Positions 28,244 through 40,635 of a stretch of DNA of 64,000 bases are shown piece after piece. How positions within the stretch are numbered: position 1 is the first letter of the stretch; each line of letters opens with the position of its first letter. The stretch lies in assembly GCF_009914755.1 (NCBI RefSeq), contig NC_060932.1. One strand, 5' to 3'. The notes under the pieces were generated by a model. The model did not search any database and was not told the DNA's origin. It saw only the letters and a program-made list of their open reading frames with translations. The translations under genes and the position numbers were made by a program. Source of the stretch: the human T2T-CHM13v2.0 reference genome, Homo sapiens.

Positions 28244-31200
28244 TTAGCAAAGAAAAGTCCAGAACCAGATGGCTTTCTGATGCATTCTACCAAATGTATA
28301 AAAAATAATTTTTATCAAACTTTCTCAAGCTCTCTCAAAAAATTGAAGGAGAGGGAATACTTCCAAACTCATTTATGAAGACAGTATTATCCTGATACCA
28401 AATCCAAATGAGGACTTACGCAAAAAGGAAATTACAAGGCATTGTTCTTAATGAACACAGTTGAAAAAATGTTCAATAAAACATTTTCAAATTTAATTCA
28501 ACATCACATTAAAATATTCATATACCTTTATATAGTGGGATTTATTCCTGGAATGCAGGGAATAAACACCACAAAACAATAAAAGGGATACACCACATTA
28601 ATGAAATGAAGGATAAAAGTCACATAATCATCTTAATAAAAGCAGAAAAAAATTGACAAATTCAATATCCTTTCATAGAAGGAACATACTCAAACTTAAC
28701 AAAGGCCAGATATGGTAACCCCACAGCTAATATAGTCAATGGTGAAATGCTGAAAGCTTTTCATCTGAGATAGGGAGAAGACAAAGATGCCCACTCTTCC
28801 CCCTTTCATTCAACATAATACTGGAAGTTCCAGACAGAGCAATTAGGCAAGAAGTATAAATAAAAGACATCCAAAAGGAAGAAGCAAAATTGCCTGTGTT
28901 TGCAGATGACATGATCTTAAATAGAGAGATGCCTAAACATTCCACCAAAAACTATTAGAACCAATGAATGAATTCAGTAAACCAATGAATTCAGTAAAGT
29001 TGAGGGAATCAAATCAACATACAAAAATCAGTTGCATTTTGATACACTAACAAAAACCTATCTGAAAAAGGAATTAGAAAACAATCCCATTTACAATCGC
29101 ATCAAAAATAATAAATTACTTAAGAATAAATTTAACAAAGGAAGTAAAAGATCTGTATGCTGAAAACTATGAAACATTGATGAGAGAAACTGAAGAAAAT
29201 ACAAATAAATGAAAAGATATCCCAAGTTCATGGATTAGAAGAATGAATATTGCCAAAATATCCAAACTACCCAGTGTGATCTATAGATTCCATGCAACCC
29301 CTACAAAGAGTCCCATGGCATTTTTCACGTAAATAGAAAAAGAAATCCTAAAATATGTATGAAACCACAAAAGTCCCCAAAGCAATCTTGAGTAACAACA
29401 AAACTGAAGGCATAATATTTCCTGATTTCAAATTATATAAAAAAGTATATTTATTAAAACAGCATGGTACACAGACCAATGGAACAGAATAGGAGACGTA
29501 GAAATAAATCTATGCATTTATTGTCAATTTCTTTTCAACATAGGCATCAAAAATGTACAATGGAGAAAGGATTGTCTCATAAATAAATGGTGTTGAGAAA
29601 ACTAGATATCTACATGTTAAAAAAATGAAATTTGATCCCTATCTTACACTGTATACAAATAACCAACTCAAAGTGCAATAAAAACTTAAGATCCAAAACT
29701 GTAAAACTCTTAGAATAAAACATGGGAAACGTTCCATGACATTGGTCTCAGTTGTTATGATTTTTTAAAAATATATTTCACCAGATGCACAAGCAATAGA
29801 GGAAAAAAATAAACAAGTAGTACTACATCAAACCAAAAATTTTCTGGCGAAAAAAGGAAACAATCAACAAAATTAAAATGTAATCTACCGAAAAGGAGAA
29901 ATATTTGCAAAACATATATTTGATACAGGATTAGTTTCAAAAACATCTAAAGAACTCATAAAACTCAATTGTAAAAGAACAAAAACAAAAACAACACTCA
30001 CAAAAATCCCAAATAACCCAATTTAAAAATGGACCAAGGACCTGAACAGACATTTCTCCAAAGATGATATACAAATGGCAAACAGGTTATTGAAAAGGTG
30101 CTCAACAACACTAATTTGGGGAAATGCAAATTAAAGCCACAATGAGTCTTAGATACACCTCAGCCACAATGATCCTTAGAATCACCATAGAATCATCCTA
30201 AAATCACAATTTTTAGGATGGTTTCTGTCAAACATTTAAAAGGTGTTGTAGACAACGTGGAGAAAAGACAACACTTGTATACTGTTGATGGTAATGTAAA
30301 TTGGTATAGCATTATGAAAAATAGCATGGAGTTTCCTCAAAACATTGAATAGAGAACCACCTTACTATTGAGCAATCTCACTTCTTAGTATATATCCAAA
30401 GGAAATAAAATCATTATCACAAAGACATATCTACATTCCCATGTTCATTACAGCCTTATTCACAGTAGCCAAGATATAGAAACAACTTAAGTGTCTGTCA
30501 CTGGATAAATGAATAAAGGAAATGTGGTTTATATATTTGTATATGGAATATAATATAATAAATACAGCATAATATAATTGAATGTTATTCATCCTTAGAA
30601 AAGAAGCAAATCCTGCCATTTATAACAACATGGATAAACCTGGAGAACATTACACTAAATGAAATAAGCCAGATACAGAAAGACAAATACTGCATGAACT
30701 CACTCATATGTGGAATCTAAAAAAGTAGAAACAGAAAGTAGAAAGGTAGCTACCTTGGGTCAGGGACAGGGGAAAATGGGGAGATGTCGGTAAATGGTTA
30801 AAATTTTCAGTCATTATGAAATAAGTTCCTTATATTTAATGTAAAACATGGTAATTACAGTTAATAACAATGTATTGCATATTTGAAATTTGCTGAACCT
30901 GTATCTTCAGCATTTTCACAACACACACAAAAAGATAACTATGTTAGCTGATGTTTATGTACATCAGCCTGGTTGTGCTTATCATTTCACTATATACATT
31001 AATATAGATATAGCAAAACATTGCAATATATACCACATATATAAAATTTTTGTTTGTCATTTATACCTCAGTAAAGCTTAAAAACTTAAAGTATTCACCC
31101 ATTATTGATTATGAAGTTATCTCAACATTTTTAATAAAAAGACATAAAACATAATATATGAATTCATCTCACAATAAAGATAAGTATTATTTTATGGTTG

Positions 31201-31321
31201 TTATATTTATGTATTTGTATACATACACATAAGATATATTTGTGTACATTCCAAGTGATGACATGAAAGCTTTATTTTTTTAATGTGGGTTTCAGTTTTA
31301 AACATTTGGAAGCCAGTGTTT

Positions 31322-31500
31322 TACCTCATTGAATCATGACAAGAACACTGTAATAGAGATATTATTCCAATTTTGCAGATGAGAAAACTCAGATGTTTAA
31401 AAAATCAACTCAGCTTCTTCTGGGTTCTTCTTTGAGAAGTAGAGAAATTGGCATTTGAATTTAGGTAAAATGACTCCAAAGTCCATATTACATTCACTGT
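31322..31500 (-). mobile_element. MIR
   Basis: 'attttgcagatgagaaaactcaga..atttgaatttagg..tgactccaaagtcc'. Confidence 0.7.
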
Positions 31501-31971
31501 CCCATAGTCTTCTATATTCTACAATTATACTCTGAACACAAATTTTAAATTGTATGATATATGTGAAGTTAAGTAAATTTTTCTTGTCAGAAATTGTTGC
31601 TTGTAAATTTGTCTTCGTACACCATTTGACAACATATCAATAAAGCAGTCCTACATTTTAAGAACATTCAGTATAAGACAATCAGGTATTAAGGAACAAG
31701 TATATTAAATGGCTATTTCTCTTTTGAAATTTATATGCTATTTGATGGAGTATATAAATGGGCATCCCAAAATAATTCAAATTAGAAAAGCTGAGTCATC
31801 GTGGACTCTAAGTATACATATTTTACCGCCAATATCTTATGAATTACTATGAGGCATTTAAATCTATATTCAATTTTGCTCAAGCTGTATTTATGTGAAA
31901 CTCAGGGTTAATATTAAGTCACATTATTATCAAAAATTCAAAAGGTAACAAGTGTTGGAGAGGATATGGGG

Positions 31972-32103
31972 AAAATTAATTTTAATTTAATTTAATTTAA
32001 ATCTAATTTAATTTTATTTAAATCTTTAATTTAATTAAAATTTAATTTTTTAAAAATCTTTAATATAATTAATTACAATTTAATTTAATTAAAATTTTAA
32101 TTG
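31972..32103. repeat. AT-only low-complexity tract ((TTTAA)-like)
   Basis: ~130 bp of almost exclusively A/T. Confidence 0.9.
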
Positions 32104-32264
32104 AATGTTAGCCAGGTTTAATATTAAGGACAGAAAAGTCATTGGGCTGAAATAGCTTTAGCACATTGAAAATAATTATCACACCTAGGCACATATACCT
32201 ATTTAAAAAAGAAATTGATCCTTGGAGATGCTACTGCCTTCAAGTATTTTTGAGGTAAGGTCTT

Positions 32265-32668
32265 TGATATAGATTGGATATTTGTCCCCTCCATATTTCA
32301 TGTTGAAATTTGATCCCCAATGTTTTAATGGGCCCTGGTGGGAGGTGTTTGGGTTCTGAGGGCAGATCTCTCATGAATGGCTTGGTGCCAGTAAAGAGTG
32401 AGTTCTCACTCTTAATTCTCACGAGATCTGGTTGTTAAAGAGTCTGGTACCTCCCTCCCCACTCTGTTTCCTCCTGTTTAGCCATGTAATAGCTGGTCCC
32501 ATTCACCCTCTTCCATGAGTGGAAGCTTCCTGCAGTCCTTACCAGAAGTAGATGCTGGTGCCATCTTCCTATACAGCCTGCAGAACCACTAGCCAAATAA
32601 ATATCTTGTCTTTCTGAATTACCCAGCCTCAAGCATTCCTTTATAGCAACAAAGAATGAACTAAGACA
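32265..32668 (+). mobile_element. MSTB-like MaLR solo LTR
   Basis: TG..CA ends ('tgatatagattggat'..'gaactaagaca'); TSD gtctt/gtctg. Confidence 0.88.
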
Positions 32669-32896
32669 GTCTGGAAAATAAGATTATTACTTAAACAGTG
32701 AAAAGTGGACTATCTGTAATGAAGTCACAGTCCTCAACAACTTCTGTTTTCAGTGCAGTAATTATGTGAAAACCATGTTCAGAGTATAGTATGATGATAC
32801 AGAATTCTGTCACACTATCAAAAAAGTCTTGGTACTTCTGGTAAACATGAGTGCACAATTCTACAAAGGGAAATCCATCACACTAGTTAAAAAGAG

Positions 32897-33005
32897 ACTC
32901 TCTCTCTCATATGTATATATTATATATATGAGATATATATGATATATATGATAGATATTAATATATATATGAAATTTGTATATATATATGAAATGTATAA
33001 AATAT
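32897..33005. repeat. (TC)n/(TA)n-rich simple repeat
   Basis: Direct reading. Confidence 0.8.
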
Positions 33006-33101
33006 CACAGATAGCTAAATGCTGAGACTTCTGTGATAACCCAAACCCAGTACATGATCATCAAACAGCTTATATTTTATAGCCTAACACTGCCTAAATA
33101 G

Positions 33102-33468
33102 CTATGGCAGAAAATGGCAGGTAAGTATTGATTCTTCTTTTTTCTGAGCATACACTTTTTATGACATTTCTCAGTCTATCTGGAGTTAGGTGGAGCTATG
33201 TGATTGAGTTCTGGCAAATACAATTTGGGCAGAAGTGCTAGTTGCCAGATCTGGCCTCTAAACCTTCTTGTGAGATCCTTCGTGTTCTTCCTGTCTTCCG
33301 CTCTCCTTAAAGCCAAATAAATTGTATAGCCACAGCATGAAGAAACCTGGATGCCTGAAGCACAGCTTTCCTGCTGAACTGTGATAACAGTACCTATGTG
33401 AGAATAGACCTTGATTGTTCTGAGTCATGGGGACCTGGAATATGCTGCAGTTAGCCTACCCTAATGCA
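33102..33468 (+). mobile_element. Old MaLR LTR (MLT1I/J-like)
   Basis: 'agttaggtggagctatgtgattgagttctggc..gggcagaagtg', 'agccacagcatgaagaaacctggat'. Confidence 0.6.
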
Positions 33469-35624
33469 AATGTCAAAGTAATCAGCTTCAGTTATAAATG
33501 ATCTAGATCTGCTAGCTACATCTAATATTAAATACTAACATCAAGCTATGAATATTCTACATAAGCAGCATTTACCTTATTTCCATTTGCCTCAAAGTAT
33601 GTGTAGTGAAAACAAATAGCAAGAGTTATTTTTAGTGCTCTACATCACACCAAAAACACAGAGAGAGTTGATCTAGTGGAGTGAAGAGCTTCTGCCTGTT
33701 TGCATGCTAATTCCTCCTTCAGGCCTCCCCTCACACTGGCGTCAGTCTTTCCTTTAGGATATTTTACTCTTGTACGTATCCCTTATATATCCCCGATTTC
33801 AGAGCAAGTGTCCCTGGGTAACCTCTAAAATGTGGTGGCTGGGATAGCAAGGATGAACACTCGCTGCCAACTTACACTCTATTTTCACGAGGAAAGCATG
33901 CGTTTCATTAGGCAGAATATTACACATCATGAATAACTCTTCTATTCTGATTATTGAAGCTAAGAGTGCTGCTGTGTGTCTTGTGGCTGATCCCAAATTA
34001 GAATATGAAAGCTGAAATTTAAAAAAAAAATGTGAACTAGCTTAGCATTTTTTTCCAAAGCTACATCAATAGAAGATGCCCTTTTGTAGCAGTTGAAAAT
34101 GAGTATTTATTTTTGCAAGGAATTTCAGGTGAGAAAAAAATATTTTTTTCTTCCCTAAGAAGTAACAAATATGATTCCTCTTTGGCAAGAATTTTAGAGA
34201 GAACATTTTTTTAGTTTAATTGTCCTGGTCTGCATATTGGTTACACAGAGCACAAAATAATAGCAGCTGTAGAATCATCTGTTCCTTCACGGATTGTATG
34301 TAAGATTCTTTTCTCCTATATTAGTGCATGTAGAGGGTTGTGGGGTATGGAGTCTGAGTCATACCAAGGGGGGAAAATAAAAATTGCTATGAGGAAAAAA
34401 GGAAGAATATACATAAGATGGCTTTCATAAGTTCCATTTTGCCCCATTCAGGCAACCACAAGTAACTGACAAAAGAGAAAAAGGAGATTTTCAATGCCCA
34501 GGCTTTGTCATATTATACACAGGAGCAACACTATTTTTCTCTTTGCCTTCCAGTTTTTCCATGGGGAACAATCAGTTTTCTGCAAGATTACTTTGACATT
34601 ATTTTTTGAAAAATCTCTCTAGAGCATTATTAAAACAGGTCACATAGATCAAGAAGAAAACACCTGGAAACTGCAGTAAGTCATTCATGATATTTTCCTT
34701 GTATTTTTAATGGAACAGGAAACCATGACAGCACAGACTCTGGAGAAACGGCCCAGGCATTAAAGAGGTTAGAAGATTTAAGAACCCTTGAAATCCTCTT
34801 AAATAATCAGTGTCACTGGACTGTTTTCTAGTTTCATAGAAATTGTTAAAATTTCTCTCAGAATGTGCCTCATTAGAAGTCAAAATTTAACTTCTGTTAT
34901 CTATAAAGACAACATTATAAATATTTTTGACCTAAAGTAGCTCATGCTAAGATTAATATCTTTATAATAAAGATTAAATATTAGGGTAAAATATGCACAT
35001 CTCTTCTCTTCACTTCTCATGAGTGATGCCCCACAGGGAGAGTAGAGAGGACAATGGGCTAATGCATAAATGGCTAACAGTTTCTTCTTGCAGCCCACTA
35101 GTGGGTGGATAGTGAGTGCCTGGAATGCCATGTATAGAGGGATTTCGAAAATTTTGCCAGGTTTGGAGGGCAGTGATGAATAATTATTGATGTCCCCATG
35201 ACCAAGAAATGTAAGTGGCAGCAGGCGAGTAATATTCAGTGCCTGGCATGTGTGGGCTCATAAAGTTAACACACTGAAGATGCACAGTTATATGGGTTGT
35301 GATGGGGTGATATGTAGAGTTGGGTGAAACCGCACTACTAGGTCTGGTTTTCCTTGTCATTCAAAGCTTGAAAGCCACCTTAGAGACAAAGCTTCTTATG
35401 AATACCTCATAGCTAGGAACAGGTCTGTCATAGCTCTTTGAGCATGAAAGGGCTATGTTGATCATTCCTCATCTCATCTCTAGGTCCTCATGGCATCCTA
35501 TATCAATATTTAGTATCACAAAATAATGAGCTATTTTTATTTGTATATACACAGATTTATATCATGCATTTACTTATCTCTTTTAATTCAGCATTTTTGT
35601 TAATATTGTATCGAAATAATCAGA

Positions 35625-35741
35625 TAGTATGTCACACAAAGAGGAACATCCTGAAAATAAAATAATTTAATATTAGTAATTATATGGGACAACAGGTATA
35701 AACCAGAACTTTCCTGGAAGATTGAACCATTAGTCACCCTA
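35625..35741 (-). mobile_element. MER94-like hAT element
   Basis: 'taattatatgggacaacaggtataaacc..gtcaccct'. Confidence 0.55.
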
Positions 35742-35999
35742 AATGCAGTTCCAACTTGTAAACTAAATCAATAGCTCCAATTTAGTAAAATGTTCTGACA
35801 AAAAAAAACAAATTTAAAAAATCTGTCAATATTATGACTCAAAACAGCACAATATTAGATAACAAGATGGACACCAGTACAAAAGTAAAATTAGAATCTC
35901 TAAGTGTTTTTGAAAAGTGTATTCTTAACGTTTGCATTTTTAAAGCAGTGAAAAAAGTGTGAATAGAAAAAACAAGCTACTAATATTCCTAATTGATTT

Positions 36000-36450
36000 A
36001 CTTTATAATATCCTAACTGGAATCTTTTCTTTTTCTCTTGCTCTGTATAATCAATTTTTTACTGAGCAAACAGAGTAATCTTTTCTTTTTGTTAATCAGA
36101 TCGTGTTACTCCTATGCCCATAAACCTTTAATTTACTTTCTCATTGCAGCTGGAATAAAATTTAACATCTTACCATGGTCTGTACGTATCTAGCAGACTC
36201 TACACACTTCTCCAATTTCATTCCTCACTGCTGCCTTCCCCACTCTCTGCTATTCGGCCACCTTGGACCACTGAGTATTCTCAGTGTCAAACAAATAATT
36301 TTCAAAATCAGGGCCTTGGCATTTGCTGTGTGCCTTGCCTGGAATATTCTTCCCTGGTTCTTTCTCATCTTTCGAGTCTTAGCTGAAATTTGAACTCAAC
36401 TACCAAATCTCCTAAAAGCTTAGACTAACTACCTTAATTAAAGTAATTTC
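36000..36450 (+). mobile_element. L2 3' region
   Basis: 'cctaactgg..cagagtaatcttt..atcagatcgtgttactcct..agggccttggcatttgctg..tgcctggaatattcttcc'. Confidence 0.7.
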
Positions 36451-36805
36451 CTTCTTCCAGTTTTTCTATTTGTTTCTTTCTTATCATAATTCAACATTAT
36501 TTTTGTTACTTCATTTATTATTTATATTTCATTATTGAGTATCTAGTATGTGCCAAGCACTGTCAAATAGACCATGTTCCCATCTAAAAGAATTGTCAGG
36601 GCTGTAATCTCCTAAAAGCTTGGGCTAACTACCTTAACTAAAGTGATTTCCTTCTTCCAGGTTTTCTGTTTGTTTCTTTCTTACCATAATTCAACATTAT
36701 TTTTGTTACTTCATTTATTATTTATATTTACTTATTGAGCATCTAATATGTGTCAAGCACTATTAAATAGACCATGCTCCCATCTAAAAGAATTGCCAGG
36801 GGCTG
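36406..36805. repeat. 200-bp tandem duplication (2 copies, ~92% identical)
   Basis: 36406-36600 vs 36606-36800: 16 mismatches counted by eye, no indels. Confidence 0.95.
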
Positions 36806-36937
36806 GACAGGGTCACGCCTGTAATCCCAGCACTTTGGGAGGCCAAGGCAGGAGAATCACTTGAGCCCATGTGTTCAAGACCAGCCTAAGCAGCAAAGTG
36901 AGACCCCTGTATCTGTTTTTAAAAAAAGAAAATAAAC
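36801..36937 (+). mobile_element. Alu left monomer (FLAM_C-like)
   Basis: Single monomer; TSD aagaattg(c/t)cagg at 36788-36800 and 36938-36950. Confidence 0.88.
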
Positions 36938-36959
36938 AAGAATTGTCAGGGAGGCACTC

Positions 36960-37650
36960 AATGCAGAAATTGCAGTTGAATTGACATCTGGAGAACGACA
37001 AAAAAGAGAGCAATGTGGAAATAGGCAGAGAAGAACATTCCAGACAGAAGAAAAGGCAAGAGCAAAGGCCTTGACATGGAATGAGAAAGTGGGTGTATCT
37101 ATTTCACTGTAAATAAAGATGTATAGGAAATGAGGTCAGATAGATAGGAAACTGAGTACAGTAAGTCCTTTCTTAACATCATTGATGGGTTCTTGGAAAC
37201 TGTAACTTTAAGTGAAACAATGTATAACAAAATGATTTTTTTCCCTCACAGCAAAAGGACATTTAACAAAATGTTATTTGAGGACTTGCTGTATGTCATT
37301 TCATGTAAAGCAGCAGTTTCAAAGAACCTATCAATGGCATTAAGTGAGGACTTATCGATACATATTGCCTCGAATTCCACTGAAAAGTTTTTAAATTTAA
37401 GTTGAATCAAAATGGGAAGCTATTACAGAGTTACAAATAGGGAGGAAACAGTCTAATTTATACTTCTAAAAGATTATTTAGTCTGTTCTGTTAGAGTAGA
37501 ATATTAGAGTAAAAGTAAAAGCAAGGAGAGTAATTTGGAGGTTTTACCACAGTCCAAATGACCTAAGGTGGTAATGATACAAATGGAGAAAAATCAACAA
37601 ATCTGTTTATTTCAGAGAGAGTACCAACCTGAAATGCTGACAAATTGGCT
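36960..37650 (-). mobile_element. L2 fragment interrupted by a Tigger MITE
   Basis: 'gaagaacattccagacagaag..agcaaaggcc', 'aatgggaagctatt'. Confidence 0.6.
37159..37357. mobile_element. MER6B/C-like TcMar-Tigger MITE
   Basis: TA-cagtaagtcctttcttaacatcattgatgggttcttggaaactg with matching long inverted end 'cagtttcaaagaacctatcaatggcattaagtgaggactta'. Confidence 0.75.
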
Positions 37651-39224
37651 GATGAATTGGCTGCACAGGGAACATTTTTACCTCGTTTACTAACATATCC
37701 TCAGCATTCAACAGCATGCCTGGATAACAGTACTCTATGGCATTAAAAGTAGAGAAGAGAAGGAAAATACCCAGACATCATTCAAAGTCATACTCCTTGT
37801 GGCAAAGACAAGGATGATTCACACTATTGTGAAGAAACATGTAAAATAAATCTGAAAGTATTTATCAAATATTATCCATGGAAAGAAGGCAGGATGAGCC
37901 ACTGGCAACTTTCCTTCATCATATAACAGAGTTGGATAGTCATACAATATCAATGTCATATAACATGAGAAAGCATGTTTTGAAGTGTCTCTTCAAAAGT
38001 AAGGAATGACTAATGTGCATCACGTGAATAGATGTGGGCATGTGTATCCTTCATGTATCCTTCATGTATCCTTGTTGACTTAATTTTATGAGATACAACT
38101 GAGGCTGAAAAAAATGGAATTAGTTTGGTTCTGAGGGAGTATCCATTATATAGGAGCAAGGAATCATGTTCATACACAAATAAGGGAAGCTACTTGTGTA
38201 GCCCAACACCCATTTGATTTGTTCATTGTCAACAATGTCCCACATAAGCCGATTCAGTATTGAAGGAAATAATAAAAATGACCTGACCATGCTCACTGAG
38301 TACATGACCTTTTTTTTGTAACACGACATGCCGGCTGCCAACGGGAAAGGTGCTCATATGACTTTATGAAATGTGAAATGAGATTTAAAAAACATTGTTT
38401 TAAACACACATCTATAATTTCAAGTGCTTGTTCAAGTGGAATATCTAAGTGATATACTCAGAATCTTAAGTGCTCTAAATATGCTTCCTCAGCACTAAAA
38501 TACCACAAGGTTTAATGCTTTGAATGAAGTACCAGGGTTTTTGAAACACCACCAAACCATGAGACAAAATTCCCATAAATAATTTCCTCTACTTGTTAAG
38601 AAAAAAAAATCAATGAAGTACAACTCTAGGGCATATTTACAAAACACATCCCACTGCTATTACAAAACATGTAGAAATACTTACGACCTTACTGCCATCA
38701 AAGATTGGATTAGGAACAATTCACACCTAGCTCCTCAGTTGTAAATTCAACTCTTTAGCTTTGGAGCGTGATATACTTGTTTGACTTTCATTTGATGAAC
38801 TGATGAAAGAAGTCCCATGAGACAACTCTCCATAATTTCTGGCTAATTCTCTTATTTGAATACTAGAGCTATTTAAAGAGTTTTCAGATAATTGCTACAT
38901 GATAATGAATAATGTGAGTGGGGGTTTTCTAATTTAGTAGAAACAAAATGTAGTAATAGAAGTCAATTAGTTGTAAAACTGACCTACAGTTCAAGTTAAC
39001 CATTACTGAGACTGAAACATTCTTTGGAGATACACTACAAATAATCTCTCACCAGTCACTTACAAAACTAATGGTAATAACAATAATTTTATTAATAATG
39101 TATTTCATTTCTAATTTTAAAACTGTAATATAGCTATATAATTTTCCTAGGAATGTATTACAAATATTCATTAGGTACCAAACTATGCAAAATTTGAGAA
39201 TCTTATAAATGAAAAATACAAAAA

Positions 39225-39440
39225 CTGAAACCAGGAAAACTTGAGTTCAAATTTCAGCTCTGTAACTTACTTTTGTAATTTCTGACATATCTCTTTCTGT
39301 TCCTCGGTTTCTTCATCCATAGTATAGAAATAATATCAATTATGATTAAAGGCAGTTAAAATATGAGAAATTATATATTTATTATACTTAATGTAGCTTC
39401 AATGCATACAGCAAACCTTCAGGAATAGGTAATTATGAGA
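39225..39440 (+). mobile_element. MIR
   Basis: 'gagttcaaatttcagctctgtaacttac..ctcggtttcttcatc'. Confidence 0.65.
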
Positions 39441-39480
39441 TTAGTATTAGGTATTATTAAATTTATAATTTCACTTATAC

Positions 39481-39546
39481 CTGGAGGACGGGAGTTCCTT
39501 CTTGGTCTAGTTTCTTCGTACAACTCCCTGCCCTGCAGTTTTAGTT
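39481..39546 (-). other. Candidate short internal exon (speculative)
   Basis: Donor CCAG|GTATAAGT at 39480; acceptors at 39547 (66 nt) or 39533 (52 nt); purine-rich with CpGs. Confidence 0.25.
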
Positions 39547-40514
39547 CTTAATATATATGATACGAATAGAGGAATAAATATGTGTCAAGGTTTTATCTAC
39601 AAGTAGCAATGACAGTCTCTTTCTATTTCCCAAATTCTTTTTCTATTATAATTTTACCATGAGGGGCATTGACCCTCTACCCTAAGTCCACATGAAAGCA
39701 AAAAATAAAAGGTTAAGGAAAAAGTCAGTTTGTTCACTAGAGGAAGCTTCTTTTATGGGAGACATACTTCCAGTGCCTATTACCCGACAATCTTGTATTC
39801 CACCTACAAGACCCTAGATAAGGCAGGGCCCAGAAGAATGGAAGAAAAGATAACTCATTTATTAATTCAATTATAGTTTTTTGCATCTACTATATACCTG
39901 GAACTTTTTTAAAACCTAAAGGATAAAGCCATAAAGAAAGCAAATAAAAATCACTGCCCTCTTAAGTTTGTACTGAAATGCAGGGAGGAAATTTCAACAG
40001 GCCATTGCAGAATGTGGAAGCACAAGGAAAAATCCAAGTGGGAAGAAAAACCTCTTAATTCAAAGAAACAGAAACCAGAGTGGTAGGGACTCTGAGGATG
40101 GTGTGGACTCCATGATGAATTCACCTGTAGACCACCTGCTCTGGAACAGTCCTGAGTATTTGCAAGCCTGCTGAACCAAAGACAGGGAATTGAAACTCTC
40201 TATGTGAGCATTAATGAATAGAAATGAGAAAAACTAGTGGGAAAATTTATTTAGGGGTGAGACAGTGGGGGACCGACCACAACTACTGCAGTCTCACTGA
40301 TAAGATGAGAACATATTGCTCCTTGCCACTCTTCTTCCACTCTATTCTTTCTCAAAAAATAAAATATGAAGAAATATGGTTGTTTAATGATTAGAGACTT
40401 CCCTTCAATATCAATATACATAGTTGGTTTTATTCATTATTAAAGTAATGAAATGGAATATTGGCTTTTTATCATGGTAGTTAATGGTGCAATTTGTGAC
40501 ATTTTTCAGGAAAA

Positions 40515-40635
40515 AGCTGAAATCCTGGATCTACCGCTTACTAACATGTTTTTAGCAAATTAAAAAATATTTCTGAGTCTCAGTGTCCTCATTGATAAAA
40601 TGGGGTAATAATATCTATTTCAAAGGATAGTAAAA
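40515..40635 (+). mobile_element. MIR
   Basis: 'ctgagtctcagtgtcctcattgataaaatggggtaataatatct'. Confidence 0.7.

Larger units (their letters stand above)
22703..31080 (+). mobile_element. Near full-length ancient L1 (L1MA7-9-like): 5'UTR, ORF1 (~23.6-24.6 kb), ORF2 (from 25471), 3'UTR; three nested insertions
   Basis: Colinear decayed ORF1/ORF2 (EN fragment 25866-26174; RT 'gtttgcagatgacatg' at ~28898); MA-type 3'UTR; decayed TSD. Confidence 0.88.

Noticed and set aside
35055-35260. Possible old DNA-transposon relic with palindrome cccactagtggg
   Set aside because: Could not assign termini or family with confidence
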